Of a stretch of 64,000 bases of DNA, positions 53,646-64,000 are shown in pieces. The stretch lies in assembly GCA_951406725.2 (NCBI GenBank), contig OX597815.1:109864001-109928000 (forward strand), written 5' to 3'. Source of the stretch: Octopus vulgaris. Taxonomy: Eukaryota. The notes under the pieces were generated by a model. That model saw only the letters and a program-made list of their open reading frames with translations. It ran no database searches and had not been told where the DNA came from. Position numbers and translations under genes: made by a program. Positions within the stretch are counted from its first letter, which is position 1, and each line of letters begins with the position of its first letter.

Positions 53646-54366
53646 TTGTGCAGAATATTCTCAGGATATGCTAATAGCATTTGATTTAAATAAATCATTA
53701 TTTAATTAGTAGTCAATTGGCAGTCATCCATCACCATATGGTGAACATGGTCAATGTTTTCCTCGGTGGAGGCTATTGCAGAACGTCCAGACCTAGGGTC
53801 TTCTTCAAGGCTCCCTACCGCTCTTAAATTTAGCTGCCCACTTGTGCACTGTTTATAAAGCTGGCGCAACATTCCCTAATGTAGCGAGCATGTCAGCATG
53901 AATATCCTTAGGAGCCAAACCCTTTTTCTGCAGATATTTGATGCTAAATTTAGTCCATTTTCAAGACGAGCTGGCAGAAACGTTAGCACGCCGGGCGAAA
54001 TGCGAAGCCGTATTTCGTCTGCCGTTACGTTCTGAGTTCAAATTCCGCCGAGGACGACTTTGCCTTTTATCGGGGTCGATAAATTAAGTACCAGTTACGT
54101 ACTGGGGTAGATGTAATCAACTTAATCCCTTTGTCTATCTTTGTTTGTCCTCTCTGTGTTTAGCCCCTTGTGGGCAATAAAGAAATAAGTCACTATTAAT
54201 TACTTTAAAGTCTTCTTTGAACAGTCATATGTCAGTTTAGTTGAAAAAAGAACAAAACAATGTAGTTATTACTAAGATGAGGAGTTGTAATTAAAGTATG
54301 CAAGATTTCACAGCGCTAGAATCACTCCTTCATTGGCAGCCTATGGATTTTTCTGCCACCCTTTAT
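53646..54366 (-). mobile_element. Mariner 5' fragment (HTH region plus TIR) with nested SINE-A
   Basis: Minus frames IKYLQKKGLAPKDIHADMLATLG..AP..TVHKWAAKFK..LEEDPRSGR; TIR-like TAAAGGGTGGCAGAAAAATCC at ~54345-65. Confidence 0.75.
53966..54189 (+). mobile_element. SINE family A nested in a mariner
   Basis: Near-consensus copy with tail GGGCAATAAAGAAATAAG. Confidence 0.9.
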
Positions 54367-54578
54367 ACAAATGCATGTGTGCACATGTGTGGAATTACGT
54401 AAATGTAAATGTTAGCTTATGTTTAGAATTTACTGCACTTTTAAAAAATTTACTGACAATTTTTTTATAAATCTGTCAAGACAAATTAAGGATAAATTTT
54501 CAACAAAAATCGGCAAAGAAAGATGTGTTGCAGTGGAGAACGCTAGAGATAATTTAACAGACATACACACACAAATAC

Positions 54579-54645
<67 letters not shown>

Positions 54646-55183
54646 CATATATGCATATATATTTATGAAATGAGCAATGAATTATATGTGTATATATAGG
54701 ATATGCAATAAATTATATAGCTTATGTCTCTATTCTTCAGGAGATATATAGCACATATACGCGCGACATGTTGACATGTGCGCAGATGATGTCTTCTTCG
54801 TACTAAGCTGAAATATATATTGCACTCTCATGGACTTTCGATTCCGGAAGCATTGAAGTTCATACGAATATTCAAGGTTTGTAGCATGCTTATATCAAAG
54901 CGAATATTTAAGAAAATAAAATGTTTCCCCATTTATAAATTTTATATAATTATTTTCTATTTTTCATAGCACCTGTTGCGGCGTTGATTGCACTGTTGAT
55001 TCGGAACAAGTTTCGGCTTTCAACAAGCATGTTAAGATCTAAAACCAGTTTTTGCCGCCTTCTTCCGTTCACACTTTGTTTGCAAATGAATAATTTAAAC
55101 ATTAGTAAAAAAAATTTATTGCGACAAATGTATGCATGTATGCATGGATGCATTACACAAACACGCGTATATATATATGTGTG

Positions 55184-55220
<37 letters not shown>

Positions 55221-55380
55221 GCACACACACGCACGCACACACAGGCACGCACACACACGCACGCACACACGCACATATATGTATGTACGTATGCATGTAT
55301 ACGTAAGTATGCCTGTATGTACGTATACATACATATATATGCATGTATATATGTACGTTATATATATTTATAGTTAAATA

Positions 55381-55415
55381 AATAGATAGATAGACAGATA
55401 AACAGACAGACATAC

Positions 55416-55482
<67 letters not shown>
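55381..55482. repeat. (GATA)n microsatellite
   Basis: Read directly. Confidence 0.9.
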
Positions 55483-56548
55483 GAGGCATACAATGGACGG
55501 AGTGATAGTCACAGAAATAGCAAGAAAATTAGCTGTTGTTAATGACGATTGATTTAGGCTGGGTGATATGTAGTATAGTTTTGCTAAGTGTTTTAGGTGC
55601 CTATATATTCGCGACCAGACACAAACACAAGCACATATTCGACCCCCTCCCTCTTGACGAAGCTGCGCATCCACACACGCGCGCGCGCGCATCCACACAT
55701 ACATATATCGGAGGGATACGAAAACTTGTCTCGACAGCGGCTAGAGCGAACGCCAGATACTTTTCGTCCTTCTTGGATCTTGTCAATGACGTGTACCCTC
55801 TACCGCTTTCCTAGAGGAATTTTTCGTCTCCGAAATATAGAAAATAATAATACATTCACTGATATGACAAATATATGACGGACTGAATAAAATATTCAGA
55901 GTTTGTATTTGAAACATAATTCAGTTAATGTAAACACGTATGTATCATATATAATATGCATACAACGTTGACAGGCAAGATGAACCTCTATAGAAAGAAC
56001 GGCTTATTCGCATACATACAATATAGAGAGAACATGTGCGTTAATACTGATTGTACATATGAGTGACCATATAGAAACGAGACAAAGAGCATGAAATGGA
56101 GACAACGACAGAAACTAAAATCTAAAAAGAGAAAGCGGAAGAGAGACGGATAGAGAGAAATCAAGGTTCTTTTTCAAGTTTTGAAGGTCGTATAGCTGCC
56201 CAACAATAGAATTCAAGCCAGGTTGACACATGGCAGGTCAGTACATGGATAACAACATGTGTGAATAGACAGAGGTAGAGCAGATAGATATACACAAATG
56301 GATATACATAGATATTGAAATAAGTATACGCTCATAGACACAAGCAATTTATACATGCACATGCGCACTTAAAAACATACACACACATATATACATACAC
56401 ATATGGATATAATCCTACACACATATAAACAGAGGCTCGTAAAAAAGTATGCAACATGCACATATATATAAAGATATGTATACCCCCACATACATATATA
56501 CACACATATATATACATACATACATACACACGCACACACAGAGACACA

Positions 56549-56606
<58 letters not shown>

Positions 56607-56816
56607 CACGCGTATAAGCATGCATACACACAGGCGCAGACGTAGCTGTTATTTTCCGTATCACATGCTTTGAGGTGAAAGTAGTCGATACAATGAGTAT
56701 CAGGTTAAAAATCAGAAAGCACTAAGTTCGACTTGTTCGAATAAAACCTTGAGGGCGGTGCTCCAGCATGGTGGCAGACCAATGACGGAATAAAATAAAA
56801 GATTATAAAGATAACT

Positions 56817-57288
56817 AAGCCTTGAAACTCTACTCTCTCCAGCGCCGCCGCGAGAGGTACATCATTTGTACGATGTGGAGAATAAACCGCCAGCATTGCC
56901 CAAACGACCTGAACATTAGCTTCAAGGTTCATCCAAGACTGGGACCACGGGCCATACGTCCCCTGCCCAATTCAAGAACACTGCAACATAATTTCTTTTC
57001 CTCAACAAGCCCTGCCCTATTTAACATTGTCCCGAAAGAGATTAAAGAGGAAAAGGATCCCATCAACTTTAAACGGAGTCTGGATAGATTCCTTCAAGGA
57101 ATACCTGATAAGCCACCCATAATTGGATACAACTCACTCAACAAAAACTCACTACTTGAATGGACCATAAACAAAACTTGACTTAAACAGGATTTCGATA
57201 ATCCTATCAGGTGGTGCTATTAAGTTAGACATGGCCCGGACCAATCTTTGGTCGAAACATATCTAAGTTTATCTAAGTTTTAAGTTTT
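56817..57288 (+). mobile_element. CR1/L2-group LINE, second family, 3' terminal fragment
   Basis: LKLYSLQRRRERYII..HPRLG..LFN.VP..FKRSLDRFL..IPDKP..N.NSLLEW; 3' tandem tail ATCTAAGTTT-ATCTAAGTTT-TAAGTTTT. Confidence 0.85.
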
Positions 57289-57548
57289 GTACATATATAT
57301 ATTGAATGATACTAGTATCGATAGTGTGAATGATATGTATTGTTGTGCATGTGTTTTAACACACACACACACAAACACAAACACACACACAAACATAAAC
57401 ACACACACACACACACACTCAAGTAACCATTTACATTATATAGCCACATATACGTAGTACAGAGACCGGAAAATCTTCGATTAGCAAATATTTTACTAGT
57501 ATGAGAGAAAGCAGTAACTTCCTTTGTTTAACATTTTACAACCACCAT

Positions 57549-57765
57549 GGCGGCGTGCTGGCAGAAACGTTAGCACGCCAAGGGAAATGCTTAGCAGTAC
57601 TTCGTCTGTATTTACGTTCTGATTTCAAATTCCACTGAAGTCGACTTTGCATTTCTTCCTTTCGGGATCGATAAATTAAGTACCAGTTGCGCACTGGGGG
57701 CGATCTAATCGACTAGCTCCCTTTCCCAAAATTTCGGGACTTGTGCAAAGAGTATAAAAGAATAA
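57549..57765 (+). mobile_element. SINE family A, tail type 2, with TSD
   Basis: Head and core match; TSD TTTACAAC(C/T)ACCA. Confidence 0.85.
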
Positions 57766-58715
57766 TTTACAACTACCAACGAGATATCAACGATATCACC
57801 TACTCTTAATTTACGAGTGAGCCTATTGCCTTTTTTTTTACCAAAAATTTAGAACACTTGCATTGTTATTTTATAGCTTCTAAACATTTCTTTAGGGAGA
57901 TTTTGTTTTCTAATTGCAAGGATAATTTCAGTAAATCAAAGTTTTTTATCAACTCCCGAAAATGTATTTAGTATGCAGTGTAATCCCCAGGAGGTTATTT
58001 TCCCTTCAGCCCTATTGTCTACAGTTAGTATCCCTCTCCTCTCAATATCTCTTTATATCTTTATTTCTTTATATTTTTATATCTTTCCGTCTGTTTGGCT
58101 ATTTGATACAGTTATAATTGACCTTGTTGATAGGGAAAAGTATGATAGAATAAGTGGACTGCTATGTGCAGATACTGTCTATAGCTAATTTTAGTTTGTT
58201 GCTCTTGTTTATTTCTTTGCTAAAATATATATAAAAAAAAAAGAGAAACCTACATTTTGGCCCCCGAGGAACATTAACAACCCCCTGCAGCCTTCCAGCT
58301 AAATAAGCCTTAGTCACAATACTGACTGAGGAATTCATTAAGATGCCATACATTTGACACACTCTGACCTCTGTACTTAGTTCGTTCTGTTGTCGTTTTG
58401 TTTTGTTATACGAAGCGAAACCCTACCGCGTGTAACACAATTTAGCCGGCAAGTTTACAAAAGAGACCGCGGAGAATATATACAAATTCAACCAGGAAGC
58501 GGTGTTTAAGCTAGTCTATGGGTATTTGGAGATAATTGTACTGTGTATGAAGCGATGCAGTAAATGAGTTGATTTTAACTCACCTAGACGTCGATAAGAG
58601 TAATCACGAACAACTTGTTCACTAGCAACAGATACATACATGCATACATAAACACTAACATACATACATACATACATACATACATACATACATACATACA
58701 TACATACATGTATGC

Positions 58716-58761
<46 letters not shown>

Positions 58762-58818
58762 ATGCATGGATGTATGCATGTATGTATGTGTGTATGTATG
58801 TATGTATGTGTGTGCGCG

Positions 58819-58862
<44 letters not shown>

Positions 58863-59094
58863 ATTCAATCAGCGGTTAAATTAGCCTCATTAAGGGATAG
58901 TAATAGCCAATGAATTACTGGTTCATTACCTAATATTTGTTGTGAATAATAATATTCATGAATAAGAGGTCTAGATATAAGCCATGGTTTATAATCATTC
59001 AAAAGGAAATTAAGAAAATAGAGATATAGTATTTAATAAAATTTATCATCGCCGTTCACCAGACAAGTATTTCTGCAGCTAGTTTCTTTAACGG

Positions 59095-59475
59095 AGCTGC
59101 AGTCCTGGGTAAAACAGAGACTGAGGAGGAGCATTTGGAAACTGGAATGTCTTCAAGCGCTCACAGCCCTCAGCCAATTAGACACCGCAACAGGTGGAGC
59201 GTCCACTTTAGTTGTTTTTTTTATAGAGAATGAACAAAGGAAAAATGCAACAACGTTCTTAGAGAGACCTTTGGCATCGGAGATTAACTAGCTGCTCTTT
59301 TTCGGAGAAATTTCGGCTTGGAACTGCTACTGGGAGCTTTGCCTGTTCGAGATAAACTTTACAGGCACAGAAGTGCCGTCAGTCGAGAATGTCCGAGATG
59401 CGCGCAGGACGACGAGACAGGTCCTGCTTGCACTCATCCAATGCCCGAGTATTGCTGACCTGTGGGTTTATGTCA
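59095..59475 (+). mobile_element. L1/Tx1-clade LINE C-terminal fragment
   Basis: SAWNCY..ALPVRDKLYRHRSAVSRECPRCAQDDET..LALIQCPSIADLWVYV (CCHC region); related to the 34.3-34.5 kb segment. Confidence 0.7.
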
Positions 59476-59734
59476 GGTGCTGAAATTCATCGGAGGCTTT
59501 TAACACAATATGGGAACAGCGCACAACCGCGTAGAAGTGTGTATGGGTGGATCAAGTAGTTTAAAAGTGACGCACGAAGAGGTGCACATTGCTAGTGGTG
59601 CGACCATGATGACACTATAAAGCCAAAAAGAAAAAATGGCGTGATAAGGCTCAAACTTCGATCACGTGACCATAATAGTACCAACTATAAACATGCATGC
59701 GCAGAAGGCAGTGTGACAATGATAAAGATGTGTA

Positions 59735-60220
59735 AGGCAGCGAGCTGGCAGAATCGTTAGTACGCTGGGCAAAATGCTTAACGGCATTTCACCTGTCCCC
59801 ACGTTCTGAGTTCAAATTCCGCCGGGGTCGACTTTGCCTTTCATCCTTTCGGGGTCGATAAATTAAGTACCAGTGAAACACTGGGGTCGATGTAATCGAC
59901 TAGTCCCCTCCTCCAAAATTTCAAGGCCTTGTGCCTTCAGTAGAAAAGAATAATAATGATATGTTATATTGAAAGTACTATTCTTTCTCTTGAGGTCGAT
60001 ATAATCGACTTATTCGCTTCCCCGAAACTGCTGGCCTTGTGTCAAAAATTGAAATCATTTTGTCTGACTTTACGTTTTGAGTTCAAATTCCGCCGAGGTC
60101 GACTTTTTTTTTGTCACCCTTTCGGGGTCGATAAAATAAGTACCAGTTGAACACTTGAAAAGATGTAATCGACTTATCCCCTCTTTCGGATCTGCTTTTC
60201 TTGTAACAAAATTTGAAATG
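59735..60220 (+). mobile_element. SINE-A full copy (59735-59950) plus two partial copies
   Basis: Head, core and tail matches. Confidence 0.85.
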
Positions 60221-60233
60221 ATAACTAATAATA

Positions 60234-60317
60234 AAAACATTTTGATTCGGCCTTATGCGGTTTAAAGTTTTGTACGATTGTCACTTTTAATCGCATGGGG
60301 CCGAATCAAACTGTTTT
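60234..60317 (+). other. 84-nt hairpin (pre-miRNA-like or mini-MITE)
   Basis: AAAACA-T-TTTGATTCGGCCTTATGCGGTT-T-AAAGT pairs with ACTTT-T-AATCGCATGGGGCCGAATCAAA-C-TGTTTT; 14-nt loop. Confidence 0.6.
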
Positions 60318-60565
60318 AAATGATAATATATATATATAATCTCGTCGATTGATGAGGTGGCTGGGTGGTTAAGACGACGGTGTGCTGATCCATTGAGGGT
60401 GTATGCACAGTGAAATAAAGTGTGAGATCAGCAGATAAGTAGTGTGTGTGTAGAGAGAGGGAAAGAGTGAGCGGGAGAAAGAGTGACATGAAGAGAAAGA
60501 GAGAGAGAGAAAGACAAAGATAAGAAGAAAGAGAGTAAGTGATGATCAATTTCAGAATCATATAT

Positions 60566-61179
60566 TTATTCTTTTCTACTCTAGGCACAAGGCCCAAAAT
60601 TTTGAGGGTCGAGGACAGTCGATTAGATCGACCCTTGTACGGAACTGGTACTTAATTTATCGACCCCGAAAGGATGAAAGGCAAAGTCGACCTCGGCGGA
60701 ATTTGAACTCAGAACGTAACGGCAGGCGAAATACCTATTTCTTTACTACCCACAAGGGGCTAAACACAGAGGTGACAAACAGGGACAGACAAATGGATTA
60801 AGTCGATTATATCGACCCCAGTGCGTAACTGGTACTTATTTAATCGACCTCGAAAGGGTGAAAGGCAAAATTGACCTCGGCGGATTTTGAACTCAGAACG
60901 TAACGGCAGACGAAACACCGCTAAGTATTTCGCCCGGCGTGCTGACGTAACTTAATTCTTTATTGCCCACAAGAGGCTGAATATAGTGGGGACAAACAAG
61001 GATAGACAAAGGGATTAAGTCGATTACATCGACCCCAATGCGTAACTTAATTTATCGACCCCGAAAGGATGAAAGGCAAAGTCGACTTCGGCGGAATTTG
61101 AACTCAGAACGTAAAGACAAGCGAAATACTGCTAAGCATTTCACCCGGCGTGCTAACGTTTCTGCCAGCTCGCCGCCTT
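60566..61179 (-). mobile_element. SINE-A trimer inside a single TSD
   Basis: Three cores with junctions at 60734/5 and 60950/1; outer TSD AGAATC(A/C)TATATTTA. Confidence 0.9.
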
Positions 61180-62774
61180 AGAATCCTATATTTAATAGGA
61201 GTATAATTGCATATAATATGTACGCATAATTAATTCTGTTTTTTTTTTTACTGCAAGCCATCGAATGCTACCAGTATTTTCATATGCATGTATTTCAGTT
61301 AAAATAATATATTAAGAAATTACCACCATATCGGTGGTAATTTCTCAATGAACCATTTCAGATATCTGATTTCCTCTTCCAATTGGAACCGTTTCGCTTC
61401 ACTTACGTCGCTAATGAAGTACACATAAAAGTTTTGGTTCTCTGTCCTCGTCCCCATCTCCGCTGCATCAGTATCATCATTCTGTCCTATTGTTGACAAT
61501 GACAGGAAACTACTATACAAACTATTACAGAAACGGTAGCGGATGTGGCATATTATGATAGCGAATATCGATTTCTTATATTGGCAGAATTTCATATATT
61601 TTTCTGGGTAGGATAATGTAATTGATCGAATAAAGCTTCTCGTACAAGACTGACTCTTATTTCATCGACTCCGCAAAAATTTAGGCATAGCTAAAAACAG
61701 AAATGGCAAAGCTCAAAGAATTTCAAACCTCAAGGATGAAGAGCAATGTTCCAAAAGGAATGTTATAGCTGAATGATGAATAACAATGCCCAGTGATGAA
61801 TGACAAAATTAAAAAAACAAAAAACAAAAAAAAAACGCAGCAACGCCATCGCGGCCATTACCGCGAGGCACGTCTGAACACCCCACTTGTTCTAGGATAG
61901 GCTGCCTATAGCCCCTTCCAATGCTTTACCCTACCTTTTTTCTTTTTTCCTTTTCTTTCATTTTTTCCTTTTTCACCTCACTTCTTTTTTCTTTCTTTGT
62001 ATCTGTGTGGATCTTTCAAATCCAATCTTACATCGAATATAAAAAAAATTGATGATTTGAATTATAATAAAACATCATTTTACTTAGAGATACATATCAA
62101 AACTTAAAGGGGAATGGCAAAGTCGAAAATTGAATGGCAAAACTCAGTTCAACGTTTTATTCGAGATAATATTGAATGACAACATAGAGAATATAAGTGG
62201 GGGTTTTAAGTGAGGTCAGAATAATGTTGCTGTTGTAGTTGATGCCCCCAAATTCCTGATTGAGAAGTCCTAATGCACGCACGCAGGCTCTCGGAAGAAG
62301 AACGAAGCGTGACTAATACAGCTCTACGCAGTCAGAGCATGTTTCCCCTTGGTTAAGAAGGACTATCCAGTAGACTTAGATATTGCAATGATGAATCACA
62401 TGAGCTTCTGTGCGACATATTATGAAGCAATAACAGGATCTAACAGTGAAGGAAATAGTAGTAGTAGTAATGTTGTTGTTGGAGTTAGTGTTGCCGTCGA
62501 TAGTGGTGTTGTTGGTGATAATTTAGTGGTACTGATGGTGATATTAGTAATGGTGATGTTGGTAGTTTCAGTGATGGGGTGCTGGGCTGCAGTAGAAGTG
62601 CTAGTGTCTACACTCGTGACTGAAGCTGAGCTCGAAGTCGAGGTTATGAGGCGGCCGTGCTGGTGGCTGTGGCGGGAGTGATTTGCCGTCGAGTGTTGCT
62701 GGTGATCTTTTATCGATTTATCTTTGAATTGTTCTGTCATGACTTTCTTTTTGTTAAGTCTGCTACTATCAGAT

Positions 62775-63097
62775 TGTTTTGCCGAACCGCTAAGTTAAAG
62801 GAATATAAACTACTAACACTGATTGTCAAGCGGTAGTGGAAACACACACACACACTCTCTTACACACACGCATGCACTCACACACATACACACACAATCA
62901 CGCGCGCACACACACACGCACATATATTTATGCATATATATATGACAGGCTTCTTTCAGTTTCCATCAACCAAATCCATTCACAAGGCTTTGTCCACTCG
63001 AGGCTATAGTAGAAGATACTTGTCCAAGATGTCATGCAGTGGGACTGAACCCAGAATCACGTTGTTGGGAAGCAAGCTTCTCACCACGCAGCCACGT
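62775..63097 (-). mobile_element. SINE family B, diverged
   Basis: TTTTGCCGAACCGCTAAG..CTTCTTTCAGTTTCC..GAGGCTATAGTAGAAGA..GCAGTGGGACTGAACCC. Confidence 0.8.
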
Positions 63098-63513
63098 CTG
63101 TCCCTATGGTACTGTTTAATCCCGGTTTAACCATGTCGGAGCTAAGTTGTAATCAAACCGTTACAACCGTGACTTTGTTGACTTTTAGCTTTGTACGGGG
63201 AACTCAGAACCACATTGTCCAACATATCCTCTTCTAATACGTTAGGGTGTAATTCGAGGGAGATTTAGCCTCGATTTCTAACAGACCACGTAGAGGTCAT
63301 ATTAATGGTCTTGTTGGTTGTAGTGATGGTAGAGAAGGCTTGGTAGAGTTGTTGCTGTATATGATGGTGGGGAGGGAGAAGGGGAGAAGGGAGAGGGGGA
63401 TGACGAGGATGATGGTGTTAGTGTTTCTGGAGCACTGTAGTAATGGTGGTTGTGGTGGCGGTGGTGGCGGTGGTGTTTGAAGTCATGGTAGTACAGCTGT
63501 TTATGGTATTTCC

Positions 63514-63804
63514 TAGGGATTCTCAACCATTTTTTATCCACGGACCTCTTTCATTATAATTATATTCAGGTGGACCCCATAGCCATTCAATGTTTAAAAA
63601 CTAGTTTTATAGAAACTTCTTTCAAAATTCCTATTTTGTTTTTCACACATTAACTTTTGTAGGTTGAACTATATAAAATGGTAGAGAAAGAGACCTCACT
63701 GTTTCTTGCAATACATACATCTAAAGCAAATATGTTTCGGTGGCCCTTAAAATACTATTCTGGTTCCCTAAAAATCTTATATGGACCCCGGTTGAGAACT
63801 GATA
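63514..63804. mobile_element. hAT/Charlie-like MITE
   Basis: TIR-like TAGGGATTCTCAACC and GGTTGAGAACTGATA (cf. CAGGGGTTCTCAAC); subterminal GGACC(C/T)C repeats. No clear 8-bp TSD. Confidence 0.55.
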
Positions 63805-63917
63805 TAGTTGATTGATGTATGTTGCCCAGTCTAGATGGCGGTGGAGATGAAACCCTACTGTTGATGACATTGTTGCCGTGATGTTATTGTTGTTCTTCCT
63901 TCATTCTCGAGCCATGC

Positions 63918-64000
63918 TATGCTCATAAGGGCCGGTTTCCTGGTTTCAGTGGCTTAGAAATTCCCCACCTGGACGGGACGCCGGTCCGTCGCAGGATTAC
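63918..64000 (-). mobile_element. SINE family C 3' part (runs off the window)
   Basis: CCGGTTTCCTGGTTTC..TTCCCCACCTGGACGGGACGCCGGTCCGTCGCAG matches 49200-49265. Confidence 0.75.

Noticed and set aside
63125-63295. Possible fourth old repeat family (faint similarity to 7820-8000 and 31960-32100)
   Set aside because: Too diverged to align or delimit by eye.

Overview
AT-rich eukaryotic genomic DNA, saturated with microsatellites, with no recognisable host protein-coding exon. It reads as a gene desert or very large intron. The repeat content (three tRNA-derived SINE families, CR1-like, R4/Dong and L1/Tx1 LINEs, mariners, dense (TA)n/(CA)n/(TATC)n/(TAA)n) points to a coleoid cephalopod, most likely Octopus (inference). 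Nearly all long ORFs in the track are microsatellite artefacts; the real coding signal comes from decayed transposons. These are two head-to-head CR1-like copies (12.3-15.8 kb), a Dong element in a (TAA)n tract (16.0-18.2 kb), an L1/Tx1 relic (32-35 kb), a full-length mariner (39.2-40.5 kb) plus mariner fragments, a non-autonomous Helitron (45.5-47.2 kb) and a Penelope-like GIY-YIG fragment (50.2-51.0 kb). Main findings: (1) minimal type I hammerhead ribozyme motifs, one with a canonical core; (2) the two CR1 copies look to have diverged under coding constraint yet share YADD->YAND and an in-frame TAG, both convertible by A-to-I editing, and they form an inverted repeat; (3) SINE-A multimers with the same two junctions at two independent loci, suggesting insertion into its own head; (4) a covarying 3' stem-loop shared by two LINEs and SINE-B; (5) pre-miRNA-sized hairpins and a 350-bp foldback. 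All calls were made by eye; no searches were run.
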